Source: Candidatus Zipacnadia bacterium
GTDB lineage: Bacteria > Armatimonadota > Zipacnadia > Zipacnadales > UBA5352
Assembly (NCBI GenBank): GCA_029820045.1
Contig: JALGVE010000010.1
Coordinates: 1-58,849 of the forward strand
DNA length: 58,849 bases
Direction of reading: 5' to 3'
Shown here: in pieces, positions 37,127 to 46,530 of the stretch
Layout of the letters: each line of letters begins with the position of its first letter
Position numbering within the stretch: the stretch's first letter is position 1
Notes under the pieces: generated by a model
Told to the model about the DNA's origin: nothing
The model's input: the letters and a program-made list of their open reading frames with translations, nothing else
The model's database searches: none
Program-made: the position numbers and the translations under genes

Positions 37127-38513
37127 GGGCGGCCTGCTTGGGGTCGCCGATGTGAAGCGTGTCATAGGCCTGCTGGCTGCTCTCGAATGCAGGGCCGACC
37201 TCGGGGTGGCCGTGCCAGGCCGTCTGCGTCAGCATCGGGTTAGTGATGCCCTCCTCCTCTTCGCGCCGCGCAATGAAGGCTTCCATCCGCCCTCTGAGCA
37301 GATCAACCACCTCGGGCAGCTCGTCGGCCAAGTTGTTGTTCTCGTCCGGGTCCTCGACCAGGTTGTAGAGCTCGACCGGGGGCTTGAAGTGGAAGTCCGG
37401 CTCCAGCGCTACGATGAGCTTCCATTCCGGCGTGCGCCAGCCGTGCTTGCGCATCCAGGTGCATTCCGTGATGTAGAACTCGGGCCCGAAGCTCGCCTCT
37501 TCGCCGCGCACGAGTTGCATGAGCGAGCGCCCGTCGAACTTCCGCCTCGTCCTGGTCCCGATAAGCTCGAGCAGCGTCGGCACCAGGTCCTTATGCTGCG
37601 TGTAACCCTTGATGCGCAGGCCGGCGGGGACCTTCTTGGGGTAGCGGATAATGAGCGGCACGCGCAGCGTCACGTCGTAGATACCGTGATGGTCAAACCA
37701 GCATTCGTGATCGTAGAGCGTCTCCCCGTGGTCGGCGTTGACGACCACGATGGTGTCATCGAGGATGTCCATGTACTCCAGGGCGGTGAAGATAGTCTTG
37801 ATGCAGGCATCCATGTACGCGACAGCGCCGTCGTACTGCGCGATGATATAATCCTTGTCCGTGACACCCGGCGGCATCCAACTCGCGAAGTAGTCGCGGA
37901 AGGGCTTGAACGCGAAGACCGGCTCCATGGACTTGTTCTTCGGATCGCACTCGTCCCCGTGATAGAACATGCGCTCATAAGGCTCCGGTGGCAGGTACGG
38001 CGAATGTGGGTCCATGTGGCGCAGCAGCATGAAGAATGGCTTCTCAGACGCCGCCAGCCGTTCCAGCTCGGGGATCGCCACCTTGTTCAGATTCTGGGCC
38101 TTCGGGCTGCGCCCGTCCTTTCCTGCGCCCCAACCTTCGTAGTTAAGATAGTTGTTGAACCCGCGCGAGGCCGGGTTGCCCGTGAAGCCGACGCAACTCG
38201 TCTCGTACCCTATCCCGCGCAGGATCTCGGGGAGCGTCTTGATCTTGTCAGTCAGCGGCCCCTGATGGCGCAGGGCCACGCACTCCGTACCAAAGCAGTC
38301 GCGCCCGGTCAGCATCGAGGCGTACCCCGAAGTGGTGGGAACGTGCGGGCAGAAGTTGTTCTCGAAAAGGGTGCCGCCCTCGGCGAAGCGGTCAATATGC
38401 GGCGTCGTGTGACGGTGATAGCCGTAGCAGCTCATGTGGGTGGCCAGGAGCGAATCGATGGCTATCATGAGCAGGTTCGGTCTGTCCTTCTTCGCGGTTG
38501 CACGCTTGGGCAT
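37104..38513 (-). CDS. Sulfatase-family (alkaline phosphatase superfamily) hydrolase, non-canonical active site
   Basis: PNLLMIAIDSL, TPHID, PTTSGYASMLTG, MDPHSPY, YDGAVAYMD, ADHGE, VPLII, ELYNLVEDPDE. Confidence 0.88.
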   Translation of the reverse strand: MPKRATAKKDRPNLLMIAIDSLLATHMSCYGYHRHTTPHIDRFAEGGTLFENNFCPHVPTTSGYASMLTGRDCFGTECVALRHQGPLTDKIKTLPEILRGIGYETSCVGFTGNPASRGFNNYLNYEGWGAGKDGRSPKAQNLNKVAIPELERLAASEKPFFMLLRHMDPHSPYLPPEPYERMFYHGDECDPKNKSMEPVFAFKPFRDYFASWMPPGVTDKDYIIAQYDGAVAYMDACIKTIFTALEYMDILDDTIVVVNADHGETLYDHECWFDHHGIYDVTLRVPLIIRYPKKVPAGLRIKGYTQHKDLVPTLLELIGTRTRRKFDGRSLMQLVRGEEASFGPEFYITECTWMRKHGWRTPEWKLIVALEPDFHFKPPVELYNLVEDPDENNNLADELPEVVDLLRGRMEAFIARREEEEGITNPMLTQTAWHGHPEVGPAFESSQQAYDTLHIGDPKQAARLQAKSH

Positions 38514-38573
38514 GGTAAGACCCCCTCACTGCTCAGATGGGTACGTGCCCGGGTCGGAGTCGGTCCACGGAGG

Positions 38574-39635
38574 TCACACTGCGGCGATGGCTTCGTCGTC
38601 GAGACTAACGCGCCTCCCCTCGCGGGCCGAGACGTAGCAGGCCAGCACCATCCGCAGTGCCATGCGCCCCTCCTCGGCCGTCGCGATCGGTGGCCGCCGC
38701 CCCTGGAGGAACTCTGTCAGCGGCCCCGCCAGCCCGGCGATGCGTTCGCCATGGCCGGCCGGGGTCGGGATCTCGCTGCAGGTCCACTCGCGGCTCTGCG
38801 CCAGGTACCACTTCAGACCGCACGCGCCCTCCGGGCGCGGCACATTGCAGCTCGGCGCGTCCCCGTAGTTGTGAATGATGGAGCCGCGTTCGGCGACGAT
38901 CTCCGTCGTGTTCTCACCCGCGAGATTCGTGAACGAGCAGCACACTTCGGCCAACGGCCCACCCGGGTACCGGAACACGGCGATGCCGTTGTCCATCGGC
39001 ATCCTCGGGTTGTAGAGGGACTCCATCTCCGCGGTGACGGTCTCAGGCTCACCCAGCAGCCAGAGAATGAAGTCAATCGCATGGGCGGCGTCGTCCGCCC
39101 AGATGTCGCGGTTGAGGGAGGGGTCAACATGCCACGAGTCCGCAAAGGCACTGTTTAGCCCCAACCCCAACCCGTGCCGGCGGCGCACCATGAAAACCTG
39201 CCCCAACTCTCCGCTGTCCAGCAGCTCCTTCATCTTCAGGTTCTGCGGGTCCGCACGCATCTGCCACGCCATGGTGAAGGGCACACCGTGGCGCTCCACG
39301 GCGGCCACGATGCGGTCGGCCTCCGACATGGTGAGGGCCATCGGCTTCTGCAACACGATGGCCTTCCCGGCGGCGGCCGCCTGCTCGACCAGGTCGGCGT
39401 GCATGGAGGTCTCGGCGGCGATGACCACCGCGCTTATCTCCTCGCGCCTGAGAAGGGCCTCCAGCTCTTCGTCGCCCTGGATCCCGTGCTCCGAAGTAGC
39501 CTGGCTCAGACGCTCCACGTCATGGTCCCAGCCTGCGACCACCTCGACCCCCATCGAGGGGTCCGCGCGCCACTGATTGCAGTAGGAGTTCACATGGCCG
39601 TGTGCGAAGCCGACGATGCCGATGCCGAGGGGCAT
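38574..39635 (-). CDS. Gfo/Idh/MocA-family oxidoreductase
   Basis: IGIVGFAHGH, LQKPMAL, DDAAHAID. Confidence 0.9.
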   Translation of the reverse strand: MPLGIGIVGFAHGHVNSYCNQWRADPSMGVEVVAGWDHDVERLSQATSEHGIQGDEELEALLRREEISAVVIAAETSMHADLVEQAAAAGKAIVLQKPMALTMSEADRIVAAVERHGVPFTMAWQMRADPQNLKMKELLDSGELGQVFMVRRRHGLGLGLNSAFADSWHVDPSLNRDIWADDAAHAIDFILWLLGEPETVTAEMESLYNPRMPMDNGIAVFRYPGGPLAEVCCSFTNLAGENTTEIVAERGSIIHNYGDAPSCNVPRPEGACGLKWYLAQSREWTCSEIPTPAGHGERIAGLAGPLTEFLQGRRPPIATAEEGRMALRMVLACYVSAREGRRVSLDDEAIAAV

Positions 39636-39678
39636 TCCTGGCTCCCTTCTCTTGGGCGGCCAGCGTCACTGCTGCGCC

Positions 39679-40482
39679 CTATCTCCCGCCGCAGGCCTTG
39701 AAACAGGCGTTCAGATAGCCGTAGCTCTCCGCCGCGATGATTGCCTGACGGTTCAGCTCATAGTCCTTCGCACCGATGATCTCGAGGTCCACGGGGCCAT
39801 CGTATCCCGCGTCCACGAGAACCTGGCAGTAGCCCATGAGATCAATCTCCCCGCGTCCACAGGCCTGCAGCTCCGGAGGGCCCGGACTCGGCCCCGGCCC
39901 GACGCAGTCGCGAATGTGCACATGCCTGACGCGGGATATGACCTGCTTCAGCGCCTCTTTGGGGACCTCGCCGGCGCGGTGAATATGGCTCGGGTCCATG
40001 TCTATCCCGAAGGCGGGCGAGGACACGCCCTCCATGACCTGGAGAGTTGTCGGGGTACTGTGCACCGCTCTCCCCACGTGCGCCTTCATGCACAGAGTTA
40101 CGCCGAACTCCTCGGCCTTCGCGGCCATCGCGTTCAGGTGGTCAACAAGTCGGGCCATGTCGTCAGCGTTGTCCTGATCGTAGCCTTGGGGCCCGATGTT
40201 CACAACGGGAATGCCGATCTCGGCGCCCGCCTCAAAGGCTGGCAGCAACCTGTCCTCGACACTCGCCCCCACCTCCATGGCGTTGAGCGGCAGTTCCAGC
40301 TCCTCGACCAGGGCTTTGATCTCGGAAGCGTGATTCTTCCAGTCGTCCAGCGGCAGGTGGTTAGCCATGCCCGCAAGGGCCGATATCTCGGCCGCGTCAT
40401 ACCCGGCCCACTTAATGTGCTCCATGGCGGTGCGCACATCGCGCTCGCCGAACAACACGGTATTCGCGCCCAGCTTGATCAT
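39679..40482 (-). CDS. Sugar phosphate isomerase/epimerase (xylose-isomerase-like TIM barrel)
   Basis: AGYDAAEI, KAHVG, DMDPSH, HVHIRD, GRGEID, YDGPVDLEI. RBS AAGGAG before 40482. Confidence 0.9.
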   Translation of the reverse strand: MIKLGANTVLFGERDVRTAMEHIKWAGYDAAEISALAGMANHLPLDDWKNHASEIKALVEELELPLNAMEVGASVEDRLLPAFEAGAEIGIPVVNIGPQGYDQDNADDMARLVDHLNAMAAKAEEFGVTLCMKAHVGRAVHSTPTTLQVMEGVSSPAFGIDMDPSHIHRAGEVPKEALKQVISRVRHVHIRDCVGPGPSPGPPELQACGRGEIDLMGYCQVLVDAGYDGPVDLEIIGAKDYELNRQAIIAAESYGYLNACFKACGGR

Positions 40483-40582
40483 GTAAGGCACTCCTTGTCC
40501 TCCGACCACCGACTTCCAACTGACGACTTTGCCGGTTGCCGTTGGTCCGCGCTCGGTTGTCCGTTGTCCGAATCGGGGCCTA

Positions 40583-41578
40583 CTACGCCTCGGGGACCTC
40601 GATCACCTTGTTCGTCTCCCACGATTTGATGCACGCCTCGATGACCAGTTGGACCTTGAGGGCGTCCTCGGCCTTCGCGTCAACTTTCTCGGGTGGCGTT
40701 CCCTTCCGCAGGTCGTCCACCCAAGCTCCGATGCGCGAGGCGAAGGTGTCAGGGAAGGCGTTCATACCTCCCAGGTGCTCATAGCATTCCACCTGGTTCG
40801 AGTTGCGCGGATAGAACGACAGCTTCTCGCACGCCTCGTTGATGACCACGCGGCCCTTGGAGCCGACGAGTTCCAGCGTCTCCAGGCCGTAGCTGCCGCC
40901 GGCGTCGTAGCTCCCGGTCAGGTGCCCGATGACGCCATTCTTGAAGAGCAGGTTAGCCTGGAGGTTGGACCAGATGGTGCGTCCCTCTCCCTTCTTGAAG
41001 AAGGCCTGCACCTTGTCGTAGTCCCCCGCGAAGTAGCGCATAACGTCGAGCGAGTGCGGGTGCAGCGCACGGATGTGGAAGTGCGGGCTGCTCTCGACCG
41101 GATTGTTGATCCACATCGTCATGTTGACGATGTTGAGTTCGCCCAGGCGCCCCTTGTCCAGCCATTGCTTCGCCCGGACGGCGCTGGGCGTGAAGCGATG
41201 GTTCAGGTTTATCGCGTAGGGGATGTTCTTTTTCTTACCCAGGGCTACCATCTTGCGCGCCTCGGGGATCTTGTTTGAGATCGGCTTTTCGCCCAGCGTA
41301 GGAATGCCGGCCTCGAGCAGCTCCATGGTCGGCTTGTAGTGGTCGCCGCCGTTCTCCTCGCCCTTGGTGCACATACTGGCGGCGTCAATCGCGATGCCGC
41401 TCGCCAGCATCTCCTTGATGCTGTAGAAGGGCGTGGCGTCATAGGCTTCGGCGGCTTTGTCGGCCTTTTCCTCGATGATATCACAGACGGCGACGACCCG
41501 CGCGTGCTTGTTCTCCTGGTAGCACTGGGCGTGCCTGTTGCCGATGCCGCCCATCCCGACGACAGCTATCTTGAGCAT
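40583..41578 (-). CDS. Gfo/Idh/MocA-family oxidoreductase (paralog of 35952-36944)
   Basis: IAVVGMGGIG, GEKPIS, NLNHRF. Shares MWI.NP.ESSP...AL.PH..D.MRYFAGD with the 35952-36944 product. Confidence 0.92.
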   Translation of the reverse strand: MLKIAVVGMGGIGNRHAQCYQENKHARVVAVCDIIEEKADKAAEAYDATPFYSIKEMLASGIAIDAASMCTKGEENGGDHYKPTMELLEAGIPTLGEKPISNKIPEARKMVALGKKKNIPYAINLNHRFTPSAVRAKQWLDKGRLGELNIVNMTMWINNPVESSPHFHIRALHPHSLDVMRYFAGDYDKVQAFFKKGEGRTIWSNLQANLLFKNGVIGHLTGSYDAGGSYGLETLELVGSKGRVVINEACEKLSFYPRNSNQVECYEHLGGMNAFPDTFASRIGAWVDDLRKGTPPEKVDAKAEDALKVQLVIEACIKSWETNKVIEVPEA

Positions 41579-41728
41579 GGTTCACTCTCCGTAGGAGGTC
41601 TAATGTCGCGTACTCCGGCCCGCTGTCCTGACTACGGCACACCTACGTCGCTGCCATTATATCCCCGACGGGGCAGCAGTCAACCGCCGAGGCAAGAAGC
41701 ACGCGCAGCCCTGCCCGCTCAGCGGCGC

Positions 41729-41792
41729 GGGCCGGGCTGAAGCCCGGCCCCTCCATGCGACCGCCCGCGTAGGTCGGGCCTTCTAGCCCGAT
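41729..41792. repeat. Two REP-like hairpins
   Basis: GGGCCGGGCT-GA-AGCCCGGCCC (41729-41750) and GTAGGTCGGGCCTTCTAGCCCGAT (41769-41792). Confidence 0.7.
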
Positions 41793-41890
41793 TCTCAAGG
41801 CGGCACGGCACAGATCCCCGACCTCGGGGACTGTCCCCTTCTTCGCGTTGTTTGCGAAAAAGGCGGACTGTCCCCCTCTCGCCCGAGGTC

Positions 41891-43108
41891 TCACAGCCAG
41901 CCAGCAACTGTCCACATGGCGCTGGCGCGGGTGTACTTGACCTTCAGTTGGGCGTCAATGTCCTCAAGCGGGTCGCATCCGTAACGCCGCTCGAACTCCT
42001 CATGCAGCCGCTTCTCGACACTTGTGACCTCGCGCAAAGGCAGATCAATCCACTCGCTCCCCCGCCAGGCGCTCTCCTTGAGGGCAATGCAAAGCTCCAT
42101 GTCCCGGCGGGCGTTCTCCCCGCCGTAACGGGGGTCGCAATTCTCGACCACCGCCCGGTACATGCTCTCCAGGATCGCCGCCTTCGCGATGTTGTCCATC
42201 TCGGAGATGCCGTAGCGCACGTAAGGGTTCTCCCACACCACCGGCGGATCGGTGTTGACACGCACCGCCTCGAGGACCTGACCGTCGTCCGTGTCCTTGT
42301 GGACCTGCTCGATCGGGTAGTGGTCCTCGGATCCCGAGCCGTGGTGGTGGCCCTCCACGTAGAGGTAAAGGTCGTCCCCCGAGAGATACCCGTGGGTGCC
42401 AACGATGTCCCAGTTGCGCTCCCAGACAGGCTTCTTCGGGGGCATCTCGAAGAGGCAGTTGACGCCGCTGGGGAACTCAAGCACCCCGCCATCCCACTGC
42501 ACGCTGGTCATCATTCCCCCGCCGTAGGCGGGCAGGGGCATCACCGGGACCTCGCCGCCGTAGCCCAGCACGCGCGTCGCCTCCTCGGCCAGGATCATCC
42601 TGATGCCGTTGAAGCCGTGGTAGCTGCCGCAGGGGTACTTGAGGCGCGCGTGCGTCGGCTCGCCGATAAGGCCGGCTTGCACGATCTTCTGCTTGAGCTG
42701 TTCCTGGGGCCAGAGCCAGACGTTCTCGGCAATCTCCAGCTTGACATCGTTGTCACGGCAGGCGGAGATGATACGGTCGGCCAGAGGGAGAGTGATGGCT
42801 ATTGGTATCTCACTGATAACGTTACATCCAAGCTCGGCGGCCCGCACACAGCCCGACACGGCGGCATCGGTAGGCGCCACGCGCAGGGCTACGTCCGGGC
42901 TCTCACTCCTCAGCATCTCCTCGACATCAGTGTAAACGGCTGGGATGTTGTACTCCGCAGCGGCTTGCGCGCCGGCATCCTCATTCGGGTCTGCCACTGC
43001 GCACAACTCATACATGTCCGTCAGCTTCGTGATGACGTCCATGTAGCTGCGCGTGCGTGACCCGCTGTCGGGCCCGGCGCCAATACATGCGATGCGGAGC
43101 TTTCCCAT
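41891..43108 (-). CDS. Gfo/Idh/MocA-family oxidoreductase
   Basis: LRIACIGAG, YTDVEEML, ISEIPIA, IAENV. Confidence 0.85.
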   Translation of the reverse strand: MGKLRIACIGAGPDSGSRTRSYMDVITKLTDMYELCAVADPNEDAGAQAAAEYNIPAVYTDVEEMLRSESPDVALRVAPTDAAVSGCVRAAELGCNVISEIPIAITLPLADRIISACRDNDVKLEIAENVWLWPQEQLKQKIVQAGLIGEPTHARLKYPCGSYHGFNGIRMILAEEATRVLGYGGEVPVMPLPAYGGGMMTSVQWDGGVLEFPSGVNCLFEMPPKKPVWERNWDIVGTHGYLSGDDLYLYVEGHHHGSGSEDHYPIEQVHKDTDDGQVLEAVRVNTDPPVVWENPYVRYGISEMDNIAKAAILESMYRAVVENCDPRYGGENARRDMELCIALKESAWRGSEWIDLPLREVTSVEKRLHEEFERRYGCDPLEDIDAQLKVKYTRASAMWTVAGWL

Positions 43109-43217
43109 CTCACGTTTCCTCCTGTCTGTCTGGATTGCGCTGACCGGATTGCGTGTACGCGTTTACGGCGGACATGAGGCACTTGCCGGCACAAACGGGT
43201 TGCGCTTGCGTCACCGC

Positions 43218-44753
43218 TCACAGGCCGGGCTCCTCGGGGTCGCGCTTGACCGGGTTCCGGCGGCCCGGAGGGACAGTCGCCATCTCATATCCGGGCGGGA
43301 ACATGTCCGAGTAGTCCCTGCCCTCCTGGTAGAGCAGGCCGGCATCCGGATCGTCCGGCACTGTGGGCCGCTCCTCCGGTGGGTAGACTTTCCAGCCCTC
43401 GCCCTCCAGCACTTCCTCGTATCCATCAGAGCGGAACCAGCGGGTCAGGCTCTCCCGCATCTCCGCGACCACGTTTTGATAGGCGACGTTCCCCGCCAGG
43501 CTGCGCTCCTCCGGCTCGGCACCGTGCCGCTGGAAGAGATACTCCCTGTCGTCGGAGGCCGAGTAGACGTACTTGAAGTCGTCATTGATGAGCGCGTACA
43601 GCCCGCTCTCGCGCTGGCTGTACTGGCAGAGGACGCCGGGCCGGTCGGCGTTGCCATCGCGGACCTCGGCGAGGTCTATGCCCTCATGCTGGTCAATGCG
43701 GTCAAGGCCGACCGTCGCCAGGATGGTAGGCGTGAGGTCCACCAGGCTGCAGACCTTGTCGCAGCGCTCGCCGGCGGGGAAGCGCTGCGGGTAGCGGATG
43801 ATGACCGGCACGCGCGCCGCAGCGTCGAACATTGAGCGTTTGCCGAAGCTGCCGAAGTCGCCGAGCATCTCGCCATGGTCGGAGACCCAGATGATGATGG
43901 TGTTGTCCATCTCACCGGTCTCGCGCAGGCGCTGGAGGATGCGCCCGGCGTTGTAGTCCACGAAGGAGATGCAGGCATAGTAAGCGGCGCGCATGGTGCG
44001 CAGGAAGTTCAGGTCCCAGCCCTGGTCGCGGTACTTGTAGCGGTTCTGCCGCCGGTTCCAGTAAGTTAGCAGGCTCTCGTACCCCGTCGGCAGATGCGGC
44101 AGGGGCATGTCAACCGGCTTGTAGAGCCGGTGCCAAGGGCTTGGTGACTCGAAGGGTGGATGCGGCTTGATGAAGCTGCTCCACAGGAAGAAGGGCCGGT
44201 CGCGGTCGCGGCTCTCCAGGAACTCCAGCGAGCGGTCGGCGACCCAGGTGCTGTTGTGCAAGCGCGCGGGAAGCTGTGAGGGCTGGGGGATGTAGTAGTA
44301 CTCGCTGCGCACGCCCATCAGCGCGGAGACGTGGTCATAGCCGCTATCGTGCACGAAACGGCAGTAGTCGTCGTCCTCCCGCCAGCCGCCCTCCTCGGAG
44401 TAATCGCGGCTTTCGTAGCCCCACATCTTGTGGCTGTCGGGCGAGAAGTGCATCTTGCCGACGCCGTGGGTCTGATAGCCGCCCTCGTGCAGTATCTCCA
44501 TCAGGGAGGTGCGCTCCTGGGGCATGGGGCAGTTGGTGGTGCAGCCGGTCTGATGAGCCCACTGGCTGAGGATCAGGCTGCAGCGCGAGGCGATGCAGAC
44601 GGGCGAGGCATCGTAGGCCGAGGTGAAGCTGATCCCCTCCTGCACGAGGCTGTCGAGCGTGGGGGTCTGAATGTGACTGTTGCCGAGCGCGCGGATGGTG
44701 TCAAAGCGTTGTTGGTCGGTGAGAAAGAGCAATACGTTCGGTTGGTCGGCCAT
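43218..44753 (-). CDS. Cys-type sulfatase (choline-sulfatase-like)
   Basis: PNVLLFLTDQQR, SPVCIASR, GKMHF, KPHPPF, SDHGEMLG, RVPVII. Confidence 0.9.
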   Translation of the reverse strand: MADQPNVLLFLTDQQRFDTIRALGNSHIQTPTLDSLVQEGISFTSAYDASPVCIASRCSLILSQWAHQTGCTTNCPMPQERTSLMEILHEGGYQTHGVGKMHFSPDSHKMWGYESRDYSEEGGWREDDDYCRFVHDSGYDHVSALMGVRSEYYYIPQPSQLPARLHNSTWVADRSLEFLESRDRDRPFFLWSSFIKPHPPFESPSPWHRLYKPVDMPLPHLPTGYESLLTYWNRRQNRYKYRDQGWDLNFLRTMRAAYYACISFVDYNAGRILQRLRETGEMDNTIIIWVSDHGEMLGDFGSFGKRSMFDAAARVPVIIRYPQRFPAGERCDKVCSLVDLTPTILATVGLDRIDQHEGIDLAEVRDGNADRPGVLCQYSQRESGLYALINDDFKYVYSASDDREYLFQRHGAEPEERSLAGNVAYQNVVAEMRESLTRWFRSDGYEEVLEGEGWKVYPPEERPTVPDDPDAGLLYQEGRDYSDMFPPGYEMATVPPGRRNPVKRDPEEPGL

Positions 44754-44942
44754 GATGCTGGGCCTCTCTCTCCGAGGCTGAAGTGATCGAGCGAGCCACC
44801 GAAACGGGAGGTTCGCCGCAGTTGCTGGCTTTGCCTGCCCTTGTGCGCAGGAGATGGCTCCCCAGGGGCGAACTTGTTGGGGGCAGCGGGCTGGGTGGTG
44901 GTCGAACCTCTTCTGACGAGAACGGCGGCAGTCAAGTCGTTT

Positions 44943-44966
44943 GTAGGGCGGGCTTTCCAGCCCGAC
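44943..44966 (+). repeat. GTAG-REP unit
   Basis: GTAGGGCGGGCTTTCCAGCCCGAC, same family as 24763-24786. Confidence 0.75.
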
Positions 44967-45058
44967 TCCGTCGCCGTTTGCCGTTGTCGTCAGTCGTTTG
45001 CCGTTAGTCCGTGGTCGGATGTCGGAAGTCGGATGTCGGAGAAAGCGGAGGTAAGCCG

Positions 45059-46417
45059 ATGAACCTGATAATGATTGTCTGTGACACTCTGAGGAGAGAC
45101 TTCCTGGGATGCTACGGGAATGAGTGGGTGAAGACGCCCTCGCTCGATGCGCTCAGTGCCTCCGGCGTGACCTTCGATCGGTGCTACGTGGGGTCCTTTC
45201 CTACCGTGCCCATGCGCCATGACCTGATGTGCAGCAACTACGTCTTTCACACCACCGGCTGGGCGCCGATCGCGCCGGGGAACACGCCGATTCAGAGCCG
45301 CCTGAGAGCCGAGGGCTATGTCACTGCCTTCATCACCGACCACCAGCAGCTTGCCGTGCCGGGGATGAACTACCACCAGGGCTTCGATGCCGTGCGCTGG
45401 ATGCGCGGGTTCATCCCCGACCCGTACATCACCGAGCCGGTTGAGTATGAGCCGCCCTGCGACCTCGCGAAGCTGCGAGCGCCGGAGAACTGGCTGGACA
45501 AGTTCTATCACAACATGTCCGTGCGCCGCTATGAGGAGGACTGGCCCTCGCCGCAGACCATGTCCGCCGCCATGCGCTGGCTGGAGCGGAACTACAAGCA
45601 TGAGAAGTTCCTGCTGTACATAGACACCTTCGACGTGCATGAGCCGTGGCTGCCGCCGGAGTGGTACACGGAGGCGTACGACCCCGGCTATGAGGGCGAA
45701 GAGGTCATCTACCCGCGCTACGACTTCGCGGGCTATCTGAGCGAGGAGGAGCTGCAACATTCTCGGGCGCTGTATGCGGGCACCATCACCATGATGGACA
45801 AGTGGATCGGGCGGCTGCTTGAGAGGGTGGAGGACTTGGGGATCGCGGATAACACCGCTATCGCCTTCATCAGCGACCACGGCTGGTATCACGGCGAGCA
45901 CGGCTACATCGGCAAGCACACGGTGCTCGACCGGGACAAGGGCTGGCAGTACTATGACGAGGTGGCGCGGATTCCTCTGCTCATCCGCGCCCCGAACCTG
46001 CAACAGGGCGTGCGCAGCAACCTGCTCGTGCAGCCGGTGGACGTGGGGCCGACCCTGATGGAGATCATCGGGCTCGAAGCCCCGCAGGATGTACACGGCA
46101 AGTCGGCGCTGCCGGCGCTCATGGGCAAGGGCGAGGCGCCGCGTGAGATCGCAGTAACCGCGCGAGACCTGCGCAAGGCCCCGGGCTACCGAACCTACAG
46201 TGCCATCCACGACGGCACCTGGACCTTGCAACATGCGGCGGAGGCCGCCGAGCCGGAGCTGTACAACGCTGTGCAGGATCCGAAGCAAGAGCGTGATGTG
46301 ATAGCGGATCACGCGGACGTAGCGACTGACCTGCTCATGAATTACCTGGAATACTTGCGGGAGATCGGGGCGGAGGAGGAGCAGATTGACGGCAGGCGAC
46401 CGCTGCGGCCGAGCTAA
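45059..46417 (+). CDS. Sulfatase-family hydrolase with Thr at the nucleophile position
   Basis: MIVCDTLRRD, TPSLD, SFPTVPMR, FDVHEPW, SDHG, RIPLLI. RBS GGAGG before 45059. Confidence 0.88.
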   Translation: MNLIMIVCDTLRRDFLGCYGNEWVKTPSLDALSASGVTFDRCYVGSFPTVPMRHDLMCSNYVFHTTGWAPIAPGNTPIQSRLRAEGYVTAFITDHQQLAVPGMNYHQGFDAVRWMRGFIPDPYITEPVEYEPPCDLAKLRAPENWLDKFYHNMSVRRYEEDWPSPQTMSAAMRWLERNYKHEKFLLYIDTFDVHEPWLPPEWYTEAYDPGYEGEEVIYPRYDFAGYLSEEELQHSRALYAGTITMMDKWIGRLLERVEDLGIADNTAIAFISDHGWYHGEHGYIGKHTVLDRDKGWQYYDEVARIPLLIRAPNLQQGVRSNLLVQPVDVGPTLMEIIGLEAPQDVHGKSALPALMGKGEAPREIAVTARDLRKAPGYRTYSAIHDGTWTLQHAAEAAEPELYNAVQDPKQERDVIADHADVATDLLMNYLEYLREIGAEEEQIDGRRPLRPS

Positions 46418-46530
46418 CGGCAAACGGCATGAGCTAGCACCGCCGAGACGCTGAGGGCGCAGAGAACGGCTATCAAGGGAGCGTTGCTGTGAGGCTACGA
46501 AGAGGGCTGATGGAAGGAGTCGGGACCGAT

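Noticed and set aside
44973-46428. Sulfatase-like gene bracketed by inverted GCCGTTTGCCGTT(AG) repeats as a mobile unit
   Set aside because: The motif is short and recurs in other intergenic regions. No target duplication or transposase is visible.
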